Source: Escherichia coli
GTDB taxonomy: Bacteria > Pseudomonadota > Gammaproteobacteria > Enterobacterales > Enterobacteriaceae
Length of the DNA stretch: 64,000 nucleotides
Strand: one strand, 5' to 3'
Assembly (NCBI RefSeq): GCF_003334255.1
Contig: NZ_QOWU01000022.1
Below the pieces are notes generated by a model. That model was not told the DNA's origin. It saw nothing but the letters and a program-made list of their open reading frames with translations, and ran no database searches. This document shows, one piece after another, positions 1 to 10,566 of the stretch (position 1 is the first letter of the stretch; every line of letters begins with the position of its first letter). The translations under genes were made by a program, and so were the position numbers.

Positions 1-1014
1 AACCGCAAGGGCTACAATAACTTCCGCCTGAATAGCGGCATGCCGGAGTACGGGCAAAAAGGTGAGTTGCGTCGCGACGAACGCAATCTGATGTGGAACA
101 TCGATCCCTATTTACAGACGCAGTGGCAGCTGAGCGAAAAACTGTCGCTGGATGCTGGCGTGCGCTACAGCTCCGTGTGGTTTGATTCCAACGACCATTA
201 CATTACTCCGGGTAACGGCGATGACAGCGGTGATGCCAGTTATCACAAATGGCTACCAGCCGGATCGTTAAAATATGCAATGACCGATGCCTGGAATATC
301 TATCTGGCAGCCGGGCGTGGTTTTGAAACGCCGACGATTAATGAGCTGTCTTATCGGGCTGATGGGCAAAGCGGTATGAACTTTGGTTTAAAACCATCCA
401 CCAACGATACAATTGAGATCGGCAGTAAAACGCGTATTGGTGATGGGCTGCTTAGTCTCGCATTGTTCCAGACCGACACCGATGATGAAATTGTTGTCGA
501 TAGCAGTAGCGGTGGGCGTACGACTTACAAAAATGCTGGAAAGACCCGTCGTCAAGGCGCTGAACTGGCATGGGATCAACGTTTCGCGGGAGATTTTCGC
601 GTAAACGCGTCCTGGACCTGGCTTGATGCGACCTATCGCAGCAATGTTTGCAATGAACAGGATTGTAACGGTAATCGGATGCCTGGGATCGCCCGTAATA
701 TGGGCTTTGCGTCGATAGGTTATGTACCGGAAGATGGCTGGTATGCAGGCACGGAAGCGCGTTATATGGGCGATATTATGGCAGATGATGAAAATACGGC
801 CAAGGCGCCGTCTTATACTCTCATCGGCTTATTCACCGGGTATAAATACAATTACCACAATTTAACTGTGGATTTATTTGGTCGTGTCGATAATTTATTC
901 GATAAAGAATACGTTGGTTCTGTCATTGTCAATGAGTCAAACGGGCGATATTACGAACCTGCGCCCGGGCGAAATTATGGTGTCGGCGTGAATATCGCAT
1001 GGCGATTTGAGTAA
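1..1014 (+). CDS. yncD: TonB-dependent outer membrane receptor, C-terminal part (5' end lies outside window)
   Basis: Frame 1 is open from base 1 into ORF 40..1014; beta-barrel-like translation; position next to mcbR/curA matches the E. coli map. Confidence 0.8.
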   Translation, partial: NRKGYNNFRLNSGMPEYGQKGELRRDERNLMWNIDPYLQTQWQLSEKLSLDAGVRYSSVWFDSNDHYITPGNGDDSGDASYHKWLPAGSLKYAMTDAWNIYLAAGRGFETPTINELSYRADGQSGMNFGLKPSTNDTIEIGSKTRIGDGLLSLALFQTDTDDEIVVDSSSGGRTTYKNAGKTRRQGAELAWDQRFAGDFRVNASWTWLDATYRSNVCNEQDCNGNRMPGIARNMGFASIGYVPEDGWYAGTEARYMGDIMADDENTAKAPSYTLIGLFTGYKYNYHNLTVDLFGRVDNLFDKEYVGSVIVNESNGRYYEPAPGRNYGVGVNIAWRFE

Positions 1015-1022
1015 TTACCTTG

Positions 1023-1050
1023 ATGCCCGGTATTTGCCGGGCATTTACTT
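1023..1050. terminator. Bidirectional hairpin between convergent yncD and mcbR
   Basis: Inverted repeat atgcccgg/ccgggcat (1023-1030 / 1037-1044) followed by T-rich run. Confidence 0.6.
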
Positions 1051-1715
1051 TAACGATTGTATTGCTGGTATAAAATAGCAATATTTTGTTGCATAATTTC
1101 AGCAAGACAATGTCTGCATCCCTCTTTGTCTTTTGCTTTTAACGCAGCGAGTAACAGATGATAGTTTTCTATATGCTCCCGTAATTCCGCTGGATTAATC
1201 GCTTCATAGAGATAATGTAAACCAGGTCCCATCCTGACCCACAGTTGCTCAATCATCTCACACAGGATGGGCATATTTGAGCGATGATAAATCGCTAAGC
1301 GAAATAGCCTGTTTACATTAATGATTTGTTCCATGTCGCCCTTTTCTTGCGCCTGCTGTAATTTCTCGAGCAATTCCTGGAGTTCCGCCAGGTCTTGCGG
1401 GGTGAGGTTTTCAACAGCCAGAGCAACTGCCATTAATTCCAGTTCGTAGCGGATCCGATTGATTTCGTCTAATTGACGTTTCCCCACTTCCGGAACTGTA
1501 AATGCTTGCGCTGGTGCGACAGAAAGCGCATTCACCGAAACCAGACGTAATAATGCTTCACGCACAGGTGTAATACTCATACCTAATTGCTCCGCCAGAT
1601 TTTTAGTAATCAGGCGTGCGCCAGGTTTTAGTGCGCCAATACTAAGCTGATGTTTCAGGTCGTTCTCAACCTGCAGAGTCAAACTGACATGTTTCATTTT
1701 TTCCGTTCCAGGCAT
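1050..1715 (-). CDS. mcbR: GntR/FadR-family transcriptional regulator McbR
   Basis: ORF 1050..1772; start trimmed to internal Met (MPGTEKMKHVSLTLQ...) to match recalled 221-aa McbR. Confidence 0.85.
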   Translation of the reverse strand: MPGTEKMKHVSLTLQVENDLKHQLSIGALKPGARLITKNLAEQLGMSITPVREALLRLVSVNALSVAPAQAFTVPEVGKRQLDEINRIRYELELMAVALAVENLTPQDLAELQELLEKLQQAQEKGDMEQIINVNRLFRLAIYHRSNMPILCEMIEQLWVRMGPGLHYLYEAINPAELREHIENYHLLLAALKAKDKEGCRHCLAEIMQQNIAILYQQYNR

Positions 1716-1912
1716 TTTAATTCCTTCGCGTGTTTTCTGTCCAACCCTGCCTGCATGGCAGAAGGAATTCACCTGGTGTATTAAAGTGAATAATCATAAA
1801 CCACTCACCTTTGTTGTTATTAGCAGCAGAACAATGATGTGGTTAGTTAATTAAAGCTGAAAATAAGCTTTTTGCCTGGATTTTTATGGCGGCTTACGCC
1901 GCCGTTGAAACT

Positions 1913-2950
1913 TTAATCATCACCCGCCACGCGGATCACCACTTTGCCGAAGTTTTTACCCTTCAGCAGGCCGATAAACGTCTGTGGCGCATTCTCTAAA
2001 CCGTCAGTAATTTCTTCGCGGTAGTGGATTTTATCCTCTTTCACCCATTGCCCCATCTCCCTCTGAAACTCATGGATGCGGTGACCATAATCCTGAGCGA
2101 TAATAAAACCTTGCAAGCGAATACGTTTTTTCAGCACTGTAGCCATCAACAGAGGTAAACGATCCGGACCGGGTGGTAGCTCTGTAGCGTTATAGCTGCT
2201 CACTAATCCGCAGACGGGAATGCGCGCAGATGTATTAAGTAATGGTAGCACTGCATCAAATACCTTACCGCCCACGTTTTCATAATAGATATCAATACCT
2301 TTTGGGCACGCTTTCGCCAGTTGTTCGGCAAAATCATCCGCGTGGTGATCAAGACAAACATCGAAGCCCAGCACCTCGGTAGCATGGCGGCATTTTTCCG
2401 CGCCACCGGCAACCCCCACCACCCTGCAACCTTTAAGTTTGCCGATTTGCCCCACCGTCGCCCCCACTGGTCCTGTCGCCGCAGCTACCACCAGCGTTTC
2501 GCCCTCTTTAGGCTGACCGATATCCAGTAGGCCCATATAAGCGGTAAAGCCTGGCATCCCCAGCACACCCAGCGACCACGATGGATTTTGCGGATGATCG
2601 CCAAGTTTCACCAGATCATCACCACTGGATATGTCATAGTCCTGCCATCCACTGTAGCCCAGCACCCAGTCGCCAGGCTGATAATCAGGATGATTCGACT
2701 CCACAACACGGCTCACCGTGCCGCCGACCATCACGCCGCCAATATCAACAGGCGGTGAATAAGATGGCTCATCGCTCATACGTCCACGCATATACGGGTC
2801 CAAGGACAAATAAACTGTGCGCAGTAACACCTGTCCTTCACCCGGTGTGGCGACATCATCTTCTTCAAGACGGAAATTCTCCGGAACCGGTGCGCCATGT
2901 GGACGCGAGGCCAGAACCCAACGTCGATTACGCTGCTTTTGTTGCCCCAT
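1913..2950 (-). CDS. curA: NADPH-dependent curcumin/dihydrocurcumin reductase (medium-chain dehydrogenase)
   Basis: ORF 1913..3055; start trimmed to MGQQKQRNRRWVLASRPHG; Rossmann motif GATGPVG visible. Confidence 0.85.
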   Translation of the reverse strand: MGQQKQRNRRWVLASRPHGAPVPENFRLEEDDVATPGEGQVLLRTVYLSLDPYMRGRMSDEPSYSPPVDIGGVMVGGTVSRVVESNHPDYQPGDWVLGYSGWQDYDISSGDDLVKLGDHPQNPSWSLGVLGMPGFTAYMGLLDIGQPKEGETLVVAAATGPVGATVGQIGKLKGCRVVGVAGGAEKCRHATEVLGFDVCLDHHADDFAEQLAKACPKGIDIYYENVGGKVFDAVLPLLNTSARIPVCGLVSSYNATELPPGPDRLPLLMATVLKKRIRLQGFIIAQDYGHRIHEFQREMGQWVKEDKIHYREEITDGLENAPQTFIGLLKGKNFGKVVIRVAGDD

Positions 2951-3129
2951 AATGCTCTCCTGTGCTTTTGGCATGAATCCATCAATAGTAGCAGGCTCAC
3001 GGGATTGGTTTTGTTTGCAGCCGTCACATCCCCTCTGAACACGCAATAATTTCATCGAGGAATCCGTTGCTTCGGGCTGTTATCGATAGTATTGATAACA
3101 TCATCATCATTATTTTATCGAGGCCAGAC

Positions 3130-3648
3130 ATGTCCATCCGTTTTGCCCGCAAAGCCGATTGTGCTGCTATTGCGGAAATTTATAACCACGCCGTGTTGTA
3201 TACGGCGGCTATCTGGAATGACCAAACGGTGGATGCAGATAACCGCATTGCCTGGTTTGAAGCGCGGACTTTAGCTGGTTATCCGGTGCTGGTGAGCGAA
3301 GAAGATGGCGTAGTGACGGGATATGCCTCGTTTGGCGACTGGCGTAGTTTCGATGGTTTTCGCCATACCGTGGAACATTCGGTTTATGTCCATCCCGATC
3401 ATCAGGGCAAAGGTCTGGGGCGTAAATTGTTAAGCCGATTGATTGATGAAGCGCGGGATTGCGGGAAGCATGTCATGGTCGCCGGGATCGAATCGCAAAA
3501 TCAGGCCTCGCTGCATCTGCACCAGTCGCTGGGATTTGTCGTCACCGCACAAATGCCGCAGGTGGGCACTAAATTTGGGCGCTGGCTGGATCTGACATTT
3601 ATGCAGTTGCAACTCGACGAACGCACTGAACCGGACGCGATTGGATGA
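3130..3648 (+). CDS. mnaT: GNAT N-acetyltransferase (L-amino acid / methionine sulfoximine acetyltransferase)
   Basis: ORF 3067..3648; start trimmed to MSIRFARKADCAAIAEIYNHAV. Confidence 0.85.
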   Translation: MSIRFARKADCAAIAEIYNHAVLYTAAIWNDQTVDADNRIAWFEARTLAGYPVLVSEEDGVVTGYASFGDWRSFDGFRHTVEHSVYVHPDHQGKGLGRKLLSRLIDEARDCGKHVMVAGIESQNQASLHLHQSLGFVVTAQMPQVGTKFGRWLDLTFMQLQLDERTEPDAIG

Positions 3649-4094
3649 ATCAGTCGCTCACCCTTGCCTTTTTGATTGCCGCCGGAATTGGTCTGGTAGT
3701 CCAGAACACGCTGATGGTGCGCATCACCCAGACCTCCTCTACCATTCTCATCGCCATGTTGCTGAACTCACTGGTGGGGATTGTGCTCTTTGTTTCTATT
3801 TTATGGTTTAAACAAGGTATGGCGGGGTTTGGCGAACTGGTGTCCAGCGTGCGCTGGTGGACACTTATACCTGGCTTGCTGGGATCGTTTTTTGTCTTCG
3901 CCAGTATCAGCGGATATCAGAATGTGGGAGCGGCGACAACTATTGCAGTACTGGTCGCCAGCCAGCTGATTGGCGGTCTGGTTCTGGATATCTTCCGCAG
4001 TCATGGCGTACCACTACGGGCGTTGTTCGGCCCAATTTGTGGCGCAATTTTACTTGTGGTTGGCGCCTGGTTGGTGGCCAGACGCTCATTTTAA
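3645..4094 (+). CDS. ydcZ: Inner membrane protein YdcZ (DMT-like)
   Basis: 149-aa hydrophobic ORF overlapping mnaT stop by 4 nt. Confidence 0.8.
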   Translation: MNQSLTLAFLIAAGIGLVVQNTLMVRITQTSSTILIAMLLNSLVGIVLFVSILWFKQGMAGFGELVSSVRWWTLIPGLLGSFFVFASISGYQNVGAATTIAVLVASQLIGGLVLDIFRSHGVPLRALFGPICGAILLVVGAWLVARRSF

Positions 4095-4328
4095 TCAGAG
4101 GATGGTGCCGCCTTTGGTTAACTGTTCGTGGCGCGCTTCCATATCTTCTTTATGCTTGCGACCGTGATGGGCAATAGCGGTGCGCAAGCGCTGCTGCTGG
4201 GTGTAGCGATCTTCCCGACTTAACTCCGCGTCATCGCTCAGGGCGATTAATAATTCGTTCATATGGGCAATGACGCTCTCTTCAATCGCGGCATCCACGC
4301 GCGCGATGACTTCATCCAGATGCGACAT
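4095..4328 (-). CDS. ydcY: Small uncharacterized protein YdcY
   Basis: 77-aa ORF MSHLDEVIARVDAAIEES... Confidence 0.75.
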   Translation of the reverse strand: MSHLDEVIARVDAAIEESVIAHMNELLIALSDDAELSREDRYTQQQRLRTAIAHHGRKHKEDMEARHEQLTKGGTIL

Positions 4329-4413
4329 ACTTTCTCCTTAGCCACTTGTGAAATTTATCGATTCATCCAAATGATATAAGTCTGTGTGGTGCCGTCAAGC
4401 CAGTGAGTAAGAT

Positions 4414-4587
4414 TTAAAACAGTGAAAACAACAGCGCCACCGGGAAACTCATCGGCCATGTTGCCCCCACCAGAAAGGCGCTTAAGAAACGGATGCGTTT
4501 CTTATCGTGAGAAAGAAACCAGGTGATAAGAAATGCGATTGCTGCCATAACCGCATAAAAAACAAGCATGTGTTGATAGAGAGACAT
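4414..4587 (-). CDS. ortT: Small membrane toxin OrtT (YdcX)
   Basis: ORF 4414..4662; start trimmed to MSLYQHMLVFYAVMAAIAFLITWFL to give the recalled 57 aa. Confidence 0.75.
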   Translation of the reverse strand: MSLYQHMLVFYAVMAAIAFLITWFLSHDKKRIRFLSAFLVGATWPMSFPVALLFSLF

Positions 4588-4781
4588 GTACGGGCGTCCA
4601 GCCAGATGAATAAAACGCGCGCAAATATGCGTCATTTTTTGACGTGCATCAAGTTTTTTCACCGGTTTGAGAAAAAAACATCAAACAGCAACTTGCCCTT
4701 ATCCATCTTCAGAATGAGTATGATTGCGGATTTTCTTAACCCGTACTATACACATAGGGGCAATGATAAAAGGTGACAAAA

Positions 4782-4877
4782 ATGAATGTTTCCAGTAGAA
4801 CTGTAGTACTGATAAATGTCTTTGCTGCTGTTGGTTTGTTTACTCTTATCTCTATGAGATTTGGCTGGTTTATTTGA
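4782..4877 (+). CDS. yncL: Small membrane protein YncL (31 aa)
   Basis: Own translation: MNVSSRTVVLINVFAAVGLFTLISMRFGWFI, stop TGA at 4875-4877; below the ORF-track size cutoff. Confidence 0.7.
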   Translation: MNVSSRTVVLINVFAAVGLFTLISMRFGWFI

Positions 4878-4973
4878 TGTAGTGATTTTGCACGCAGCAC
4901 GTACTGTCAGAGAAATCAACTCTCTGACAGTACGCAAGATCATCTCATACTCTTACGATCTGCAATATTATCC

Positions 4974-6398
4974 TTAATGTTTAACCATGACGTGGCGGAC
5001 GACGGTGTAATCCTCCAGCCCATAAAGTGACATATCCTTGCCGTAACCAGAAAGTTTCTGCCCACCGTGCGGCATTTCACTTACCAGCATGAAATGGGTA
5101 TTGACCCAGGTACAACCATATTGCAGCCGTGCGCTGACGCGATGCGCCCTGCCCACATCTTTAGTCCATACCGAAGATGCAAGTCCGTACTGGCTGTCAT
5201 TCGCCCAGTTCACCACCTGTTCTTCGTTGTCGAAGAGCGTAACACTCACTACTGGACCAAATACCTCTTTTTGCACGATGGCATCGTCCTGTAATGCGCC
5301 AGCCAGCAGCGTCGGCGCATAGTAATAGCCATTACCCTTGCGCTTTTCACCGCCGGTGATCACTTTGATATGCCCTGTCGCTTTCGCCTCTTCTACCGCC
5401 TTGCTGACGCGTTCGAGATGCGCCAGCGAGCTTAAAGGTCCAAGCTCCGTAGACTCGTCATCCGGCGCACCCGATTTTAACGTTGCCACCACAGCACCGA
5501 GTTTTTCCACCAGCGTATCGTAAATGCCTTTTTGCGCGTAGATCCGACAAGCCGCAGTACAATCCTGTCCGGCATTGTAATAGCCAAATGTACGTACACC
5601 TTCGACCACTGCTTCAATATCCGCATCATCAAAAACAATCACTGGCGCTTTGCCACCAAGTTCCATATGAGTACGCTTAATGGAGGGCGCGGTATGGCTG
5701 ATGATGTGCTCGCCGGTGGCGATAGAGCCCGTCAGCGACACCATCCGCACTTTGGGATGACCGGTCAGCGGATCCCCCACCGTTTTGCCTCTGCCAAACA
5801 GTACGTTAATCACGCCTGCCGGGAAGATATCTTTCGCCAGCTCTGCCAACTTCAACGCGGTCAGCGGGGTAATTTCTGATGGTTTAAGCACTACGCAGTT
5901 CCCTGCCGCCAGCGCCGGAGCAAGTTTCCACGCGGCCATCATCAGCGGATAATTCCACGGTGCGATAGAAGCCACGACCCCCAACGGATCGCGACGGATC
6001 ATCGAAGTATGACCTTCAAGATATTCACCTGCCGCCAGACCATTCAGACAGCGCGCCGCACCCGCGAAAAAGCGAAAAACATCGACAATCGCCGGGATTT
6101 CATCATTGAACGCACTATGCAGCGGTTTGCCACAATTACGGGACTCCAGTTCGGCAAAAACCTGACCATTTTCTTCGATAACATCAGCCAGTTTCAGCAG
6201 ACATTCCGCACGCACTTTCGGCGTGGTTTGCCCCCATTCGGCAAATGCTGCATCTGCCGCGCGCACAGCAGCATCGACCTGCTCTGCGGATGCCTCGGCA
6301 ATTTCCAGTAAAACGTCCCCCGTTGCCGGATTATAGACAGGCTGTTTTTCCCCTTCGCCGCTAACCAGTTCTCCGTTAATCAGTAACTTATGTTGCAT
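4974..6398 (-). CDS. patD: Gamma-aminobutyraldehyde dehydrogenase
   Basis: 474-aa aldehyde dehydrogenase ORF; follows the ydcSTUV transporter genes on the same strand. Confidence 0.9.
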   Translation of the reverse strand: MQHKLLINGELVSGEGEKQPVYNPATGDVLLEIAEASAEQVDAAVRAADAAFAEWGQTTPKVRAECLLKLADVIEENGQVFAELESRNCGKPLHSAFNDEIPAIVDVFRFFAGAARCLNGLAAGEYLEGHTSMIRRDPLGVVASIAPWNYPLMMAAWKLAPALAAGNCVVLKPSEITPLTALKLAELAKDIFPAGVINVLFGRGKTVGDPLTGHPKVRMVSLTGSIATGEHIISHTAPSIKRTHMELGGKAPVIVFDDADIEAVVEGVRTFGYYNAGQDCTAACRIYAQKGIYDTLVEKLGAVVATLKSGAPDDESTELGPLSSLAHLERVSKAVEEAKATGHIKVITGGEKRKGNGYYYAPTLLAGALQDDAIVQKEVFGPVVSVTLFDNEEQVVNWANDSQYGLASSVWTKDVGRAHRVSARLQYGCTWVNTHFMLVSEMPHGGQKLSGYGKDMSLYGLEDYTVVRHVMVKH

Positions 6399-6419
6399 AG
6401 CATATTCCTGTATCAGTGG

Positions 6420-7214
6420 TTATTGACCATTGTCGCCTTCGCGGGTTAGCCACCAGGCCCCCAGGATCGGCAAGGTTGTTACCAACATAACCAGCAGTGC
6501 CACCACGTTAGTTACCGGTACATCACGCGGTCGCCCAAGCTGATTGAGCAACCACAACGGTAACGTTCGTTCATGACCTGCCGTAAAGGTCGTAACGATG
6601 ATTTCATCGAACGACAAGGCAAACGCCAGCATTCCTCCTGCCAGTAACGCCGAACTGAGATTCGGCAACACTACGTAGCGGAAGGTTTGCCAGCCATTGG
6701 CCCCAAGATCCATTGACGCCTCAACCAGACTCCAGGAGGTGCGGCGAAAACGGGCGATGACATTGTTAAACACCACAACTACACAAAAAGTCGCATGACC
6801 GACCACGATGGTGAAAAATCCCGGCTCCAGATTGATGGTTTTAAAGGCGGTTAATAACGCCAGACCAGTGACAATGCCCGGCAGCGCAATGGGCAGCAGC
6901 AGTAACAGCGAAATGGCGTTTTTGCCGAAAAAGTCTCGTCGCCACAGCGCGGCAGCTGCCAGCGTCCCTAACACCAGCGCAATTAATGTCGCCAGCGCCG
7001 CCACTTTAAGTGACAGTGTCACGGCATCAAGAATATCACTACGCTGTGCTGCCACGCTAAACCAGCGCAGCGTCAGGCCCTGCGGTGGAAAACTAAACGC
7101 CGCATCTTCAGTGTTAAACGCATAGGCGGCGATTATCAGGATGGGAAAATGTAGGAAAACAACGCCGCCCCAGGCCGCCAGTTTGAGGAAAAACGGTGCG
7201 CGTTCAGAGTGCAT
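6420..7214 (-). CDS. ydcV: ABC transporter permease
   Basis: 264-aa multi-TM ORF in ydcSTUV cluster. Confidence 0.85.
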
Positions 7215-8145
7215 CGAACGCTCCCAGACGTTTCACGAACGCCAGGTACAGTGCGATGAGAATAATCGGCACCAGGGTGAATGCCGCCGCCATCGGCATA
7301 TTGCCAATCGCCCCCTGCTGGGAATAAACCATATTGCCGATAAAATATCCTGGAGGACCAACCAGCTGCGGGACGATAAAATCGCCCAGTGTGAGTGAGA
7401 AGGTAAAGATAGAGCCAGCGGCAATACCCGGGATTGCCAGCGGCAGCACCACATAGCGAAAGGTTTGTCGTGGACGTGCGCCGAGATCAGCCGACGCCTG
7501 CAACAATGACGGCGGCAAACGCTCAAGCGCCGCCTGAACGGGCAGGATCATGAACGGCAACCAGATATAGAGAAACACCAGAAAGCGCCCCAGCCCGGAA
7601 GTTGACAGCGTATTTCCGCCCACCGCAGGTAATGTAAGGAACGCAGTCAGCAGTGGTTCCAGCCCAAGATGTTGTAAAAACCACTGAGCCACGCCATCTT
7701 TTGCCAGCAATAACGTCCAGGCATAGGCTTTAACAATGTAGCTCGCCCACATCGGCAACATTACCGCAATATAAAAAAACGCTTTCATTTTCCCGCTGGT
7801 ATAGCGCGCCATATACCACGCCATTGGAAAAGCCAGAATGGCGCTGGCGATAGTGACTGCCACAGCCATAGTCAGCGTGCGGAGAATGATGTCGTAATTC
7901 GCCGGATTAAACAGCGCACGGATATTCGCCAGCGTCAGTTCCGGCGTTACCGACATGGTGAAATCGTCAAAAGTATAAAATCCCTGCCATAACAGTGTCA
8001 GCAGCGAGCCGAAATAGACAATGCCAAACCACATTAGCGGGCCAAGCAGCAGTAAAAACAGCCCCAGCCCCGGATTACGCCAGAAGAAACCGGACACCTT
8101 ACCCAGACCTGGACGTGAAGGTGATTGCAATACATTCATCGCCAT
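7204..8145 (-). CDS. ydcU: ABC transporter permease
   Basis: 313-aa multi-TM ORF; overlaps ydcV start. Confidence 0.85.
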
Positions 8146-9159
8146 TCACCTCTCCTCAACCAGCGGCACCATCACATCACGCGACCAGGAAACCATCACC
8201 TGTTGTCCGGGCGTGAGCGTGGCAGGCAGTTCTTCGCCTGTCATATTGGCCTGACTCACAAGCAGTTTTTCACCGCCGTTCAATTTCAGTTCAAAACGAG
8301 TTGCCGCGCCCTGATATTGCACCGCCTGGATCGTGCCATTGGCCTGCAGTTCACCAGGGGTGTTGAGGCGGATATGTTCCGGTCGCAGGGCGAAGCTTCC
8401 CGTCATGCCACAAAGTTTCTCTGCCATCAGTCCATCAAAAACATTCGATGTACCAACGAACCCGGCAACAAACGGCGTGCGCGGGCGCATATAGAGATCG
8501 CGCGGGGAATCGACCTGCTCAATGCGTCCATTATTGAAAACCGCCACACGATCGGACATCGATAACGCTTCGCCCTGATCGTGGGTAACGAAGATAAAAG
8601 TGATACCGAGAGACTGTTGCAGTTTTTTCAGTTCCAGCTGCATCTGCTCACGCAATTTGAGATCCAGTGCGCCGAGCGGTTCATCCAACAGCAATACGCG
8701 CGGTTCATTCACCAATGCTCTGGCGATAGCAACCCGCTGGCGCTGACCACCAGAAAGTTGTGACGGTTTACGTTGATGTACAAACCCCAACGCCACTTTC
8801 TCCAGCGCCTCTTGCGCCATTGCGTGCCGCTGCTTTTTATTCACGCCTTTGACCATCAGCCCATAGGCGACATTGTCAAGAATCGACATATGCGGAAATA
8901 GCGCGTAGTCCTGAAAGACAGTATTCACGTCCCGCTCCCACGGTGGCAGATTGCTGGCGGGTTTACCAAAGATAGAGATAGCCCCGCCGGAAAGCTGTTC
9001 GAAGCCAGCAATCAGGCGCAGGCAGGTGGTTTTGCCGGAGCCGGACGGCCCCAGCATAGAGAAGAACTCACCATCTTTTATCGCAATACTGACGCCATCT
9101 ACTGCGCGCACGTCACCGTACAACCGCGAGACGTTGTCAAACTCCACTGCGTACGTCAT
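8146..9159 (-). CDS. ydcT: ABC transporter ATP-binding protein
   Basis: Walker A GPSGSGKTT, ABC signature LSGGQRQR, Walker B LLLDEP. Confidence 0.9.
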   Translation of the reverse strand: MTYAVEFDNVSRLYGDVRAVDGVSIAIKDGEFFSMLGPSGSGKTTCLRLIAGFEQLSGGAISIFGKPASNLPPWERDVNTVFQDYALFPHMSILDNVAYGLMVKGVNKKQRHAMAQEALEKVALGFVHQRKPSQLSGGQRQRVAIARALVNEPRVLLLDEPLGALDLKLREQMQLELKKLQQSLGITFIFVTHDQGEALSMSDRVAVFNNGRIEQVDSPRDLYMRPRTPFVAGFVGTSNVFDGLMAEKLCGMTGSFALRPEHIRLNTPGELQANGTIQAVQYQGAATRFELKLNGGEKLLVSQANMTGEELPATLTPGQQVMVSWSRDVMVPLVEER

Positions 9160-9176
9160 AAAGCACCCCAGCGAAG

Positions 9177-10322
9177 TTAGCGACCGCCCATAATGGCAAT
9201 GTAATCCTGCGTCCAGCGACTGTAGGGAACAAACTTGCCCCCTTCTGCTATAGGCGTTTTCCAGAAGGCGATTTTGTCGAAATAGTTAAAACCGTTTGTT
9301 TCACAACCTTTTTCGCCTAATAACGGACTGGCTTTACACCCTTCCGGCACTACCGGTAACGAGCCAAACCAGGCCGCCACATCGCCCTGTACTTTTGGCG
9401 TTAATGACCAGTTCATCCATTTGTAGGCGCAAGCCGGATGTTTCGCTTCGCTATGCAGCATGGTGGTATCAGCCCAACCGGTAACACCCTCCTTCGGGAA
9501 AACGGTAGCAACAGGCTGGCCTTCGGCTTTCAGGGCGTTGGCCTGATAGGGCCATGCACTGGAAGCAACCACACCCTCGTTTTTGAAATCGCTCATTTGC
9601 ACGGTAGTGTCATGCCAGTAGCGATGGATCAAACTATGTTGATCCCGCAGCACTTTCAGCACCGCCTGGTACTGTTCTTCGGTGAGTTGATACGGATCGC
9701 TGATGCCCAACTGCGGCTGAGTGGCTTTAACGAACAACGCAGCGTCCGCAATATAGATCGGGCCATCATAAGCCTGAACGCGGCCTTTATTGCTCTTGCC
9801 GTCCGGCAGATTTTGCTCAACAAAAACCACTTGCCAGCTATCCGGCGGCGTCGGGAAGGTTTTAGTGTTGTACATCAGCAGATTCGGCCCCCACTGGTAT
9901 GGTGTGCCGTAAACTTTGCCGCCAACATTGAACCAGTCGCCTTTAACCACGCGGGGATCGAGCGTTTTCCAGTTGGGGATCAATGCGGTATTAATCGGCT
10001 GCACGCGTTTACCCATAATCAGGCGCAGCGAGGCATCGCCGGATGCAGTAACCAGATCGTAACCCCCTTTGGTCATCAGACTGACCATTTCATCGGAAGT
10101 CGCGGCGGTTTTCACATTCACCGCGCAGCCTGTCTCTTTTTCGAATTGCGTTACCCAGTCGTATTGTTTATCAGTTTGTCCGCGTTCGATATATCCCGGC
10201 CAGGCGATAATATCCAGTCGCCCTTCCGGTTTATCTAAATTGGTAGGCGGTTCGGCGGCGTGAGCGGTCATTATTGTCATGCTGAGCGCACACAGGCTGC
10301 TGCGGGCAAATGTCTTGCTCAT
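9177..10322 (-). CDS. ydcS: Periplasmic substrate-binding protein (polyamine-type)
   Basis: 381-aa ORF with N-terminal signal peptide; first gene of the transporter cluster. Confidence 0.85.
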   Translation of the reverse strand: MSKTFARSSLCALSMTIMTAHAAEPPTNLDKPEGRLDIIAWPGYIERGQTDKQYDWVTQFEKETGCAVNVKTAATSDEMVSLMTKGGYDLVTASGDASLRLIMGKRVQPINTALIPNWKTLDPRVVKGDWFNVGGKVYGTPYQWGPNLLMYNTKTFPTPPDSWQVVFVEQNLPDGKSNKGRVQAYDGPIYIADAALFVKATQPQLGISDPYQLTEEQYQAVLKVLRDQHSLIHRYWHDTTVQMSDFKNEGVVASSAWPYQANALKAEGQPVATVFPKEGVTGWADTTMLHSEAKHPACAYKWMNWSLTPKVQGDVAAWFGSLPVVPEGCKASPLLGEKGCETNGFNYFDKIAFWKTPIAEGGKFVPYSRWTQDYIAIMGGR

Positions 10323-10566
10323 AAAGTCTTACTCCTGTCGTAATTAATTGTTCAGCCGCCGTGCCGTAAAAATATCTCCTTGTTTAACCATAGACGGCGG
10401 CTTGCAGGCACACCTTCGCCCCTGAGAAAATTTAATCAGGTTGTGAGCTACCGCGCATTATGCCGTCTGTAAGGTTATCTTCTGGAGTATAGACAAGGAG
10501 TTAGGAAATATGACTGCTATTCGAAATTCATATTACCCAATCTAAGAGGAATTAAATTAAACGCTA

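Noticed and set aside
4899-4937. Long perfect hairpin (gtactgtcagag...ctctgacagtac) after yncL and patD
   Set aside because: Probably the patD terminator or a REP-like stabiliser; no flanking U-run on either strand to call it confidently, so not listed as a feature
9438-10238. 266-aa plus-strand ORF
   Set aside because: Lies entirely antisense within ydcS; no independent support
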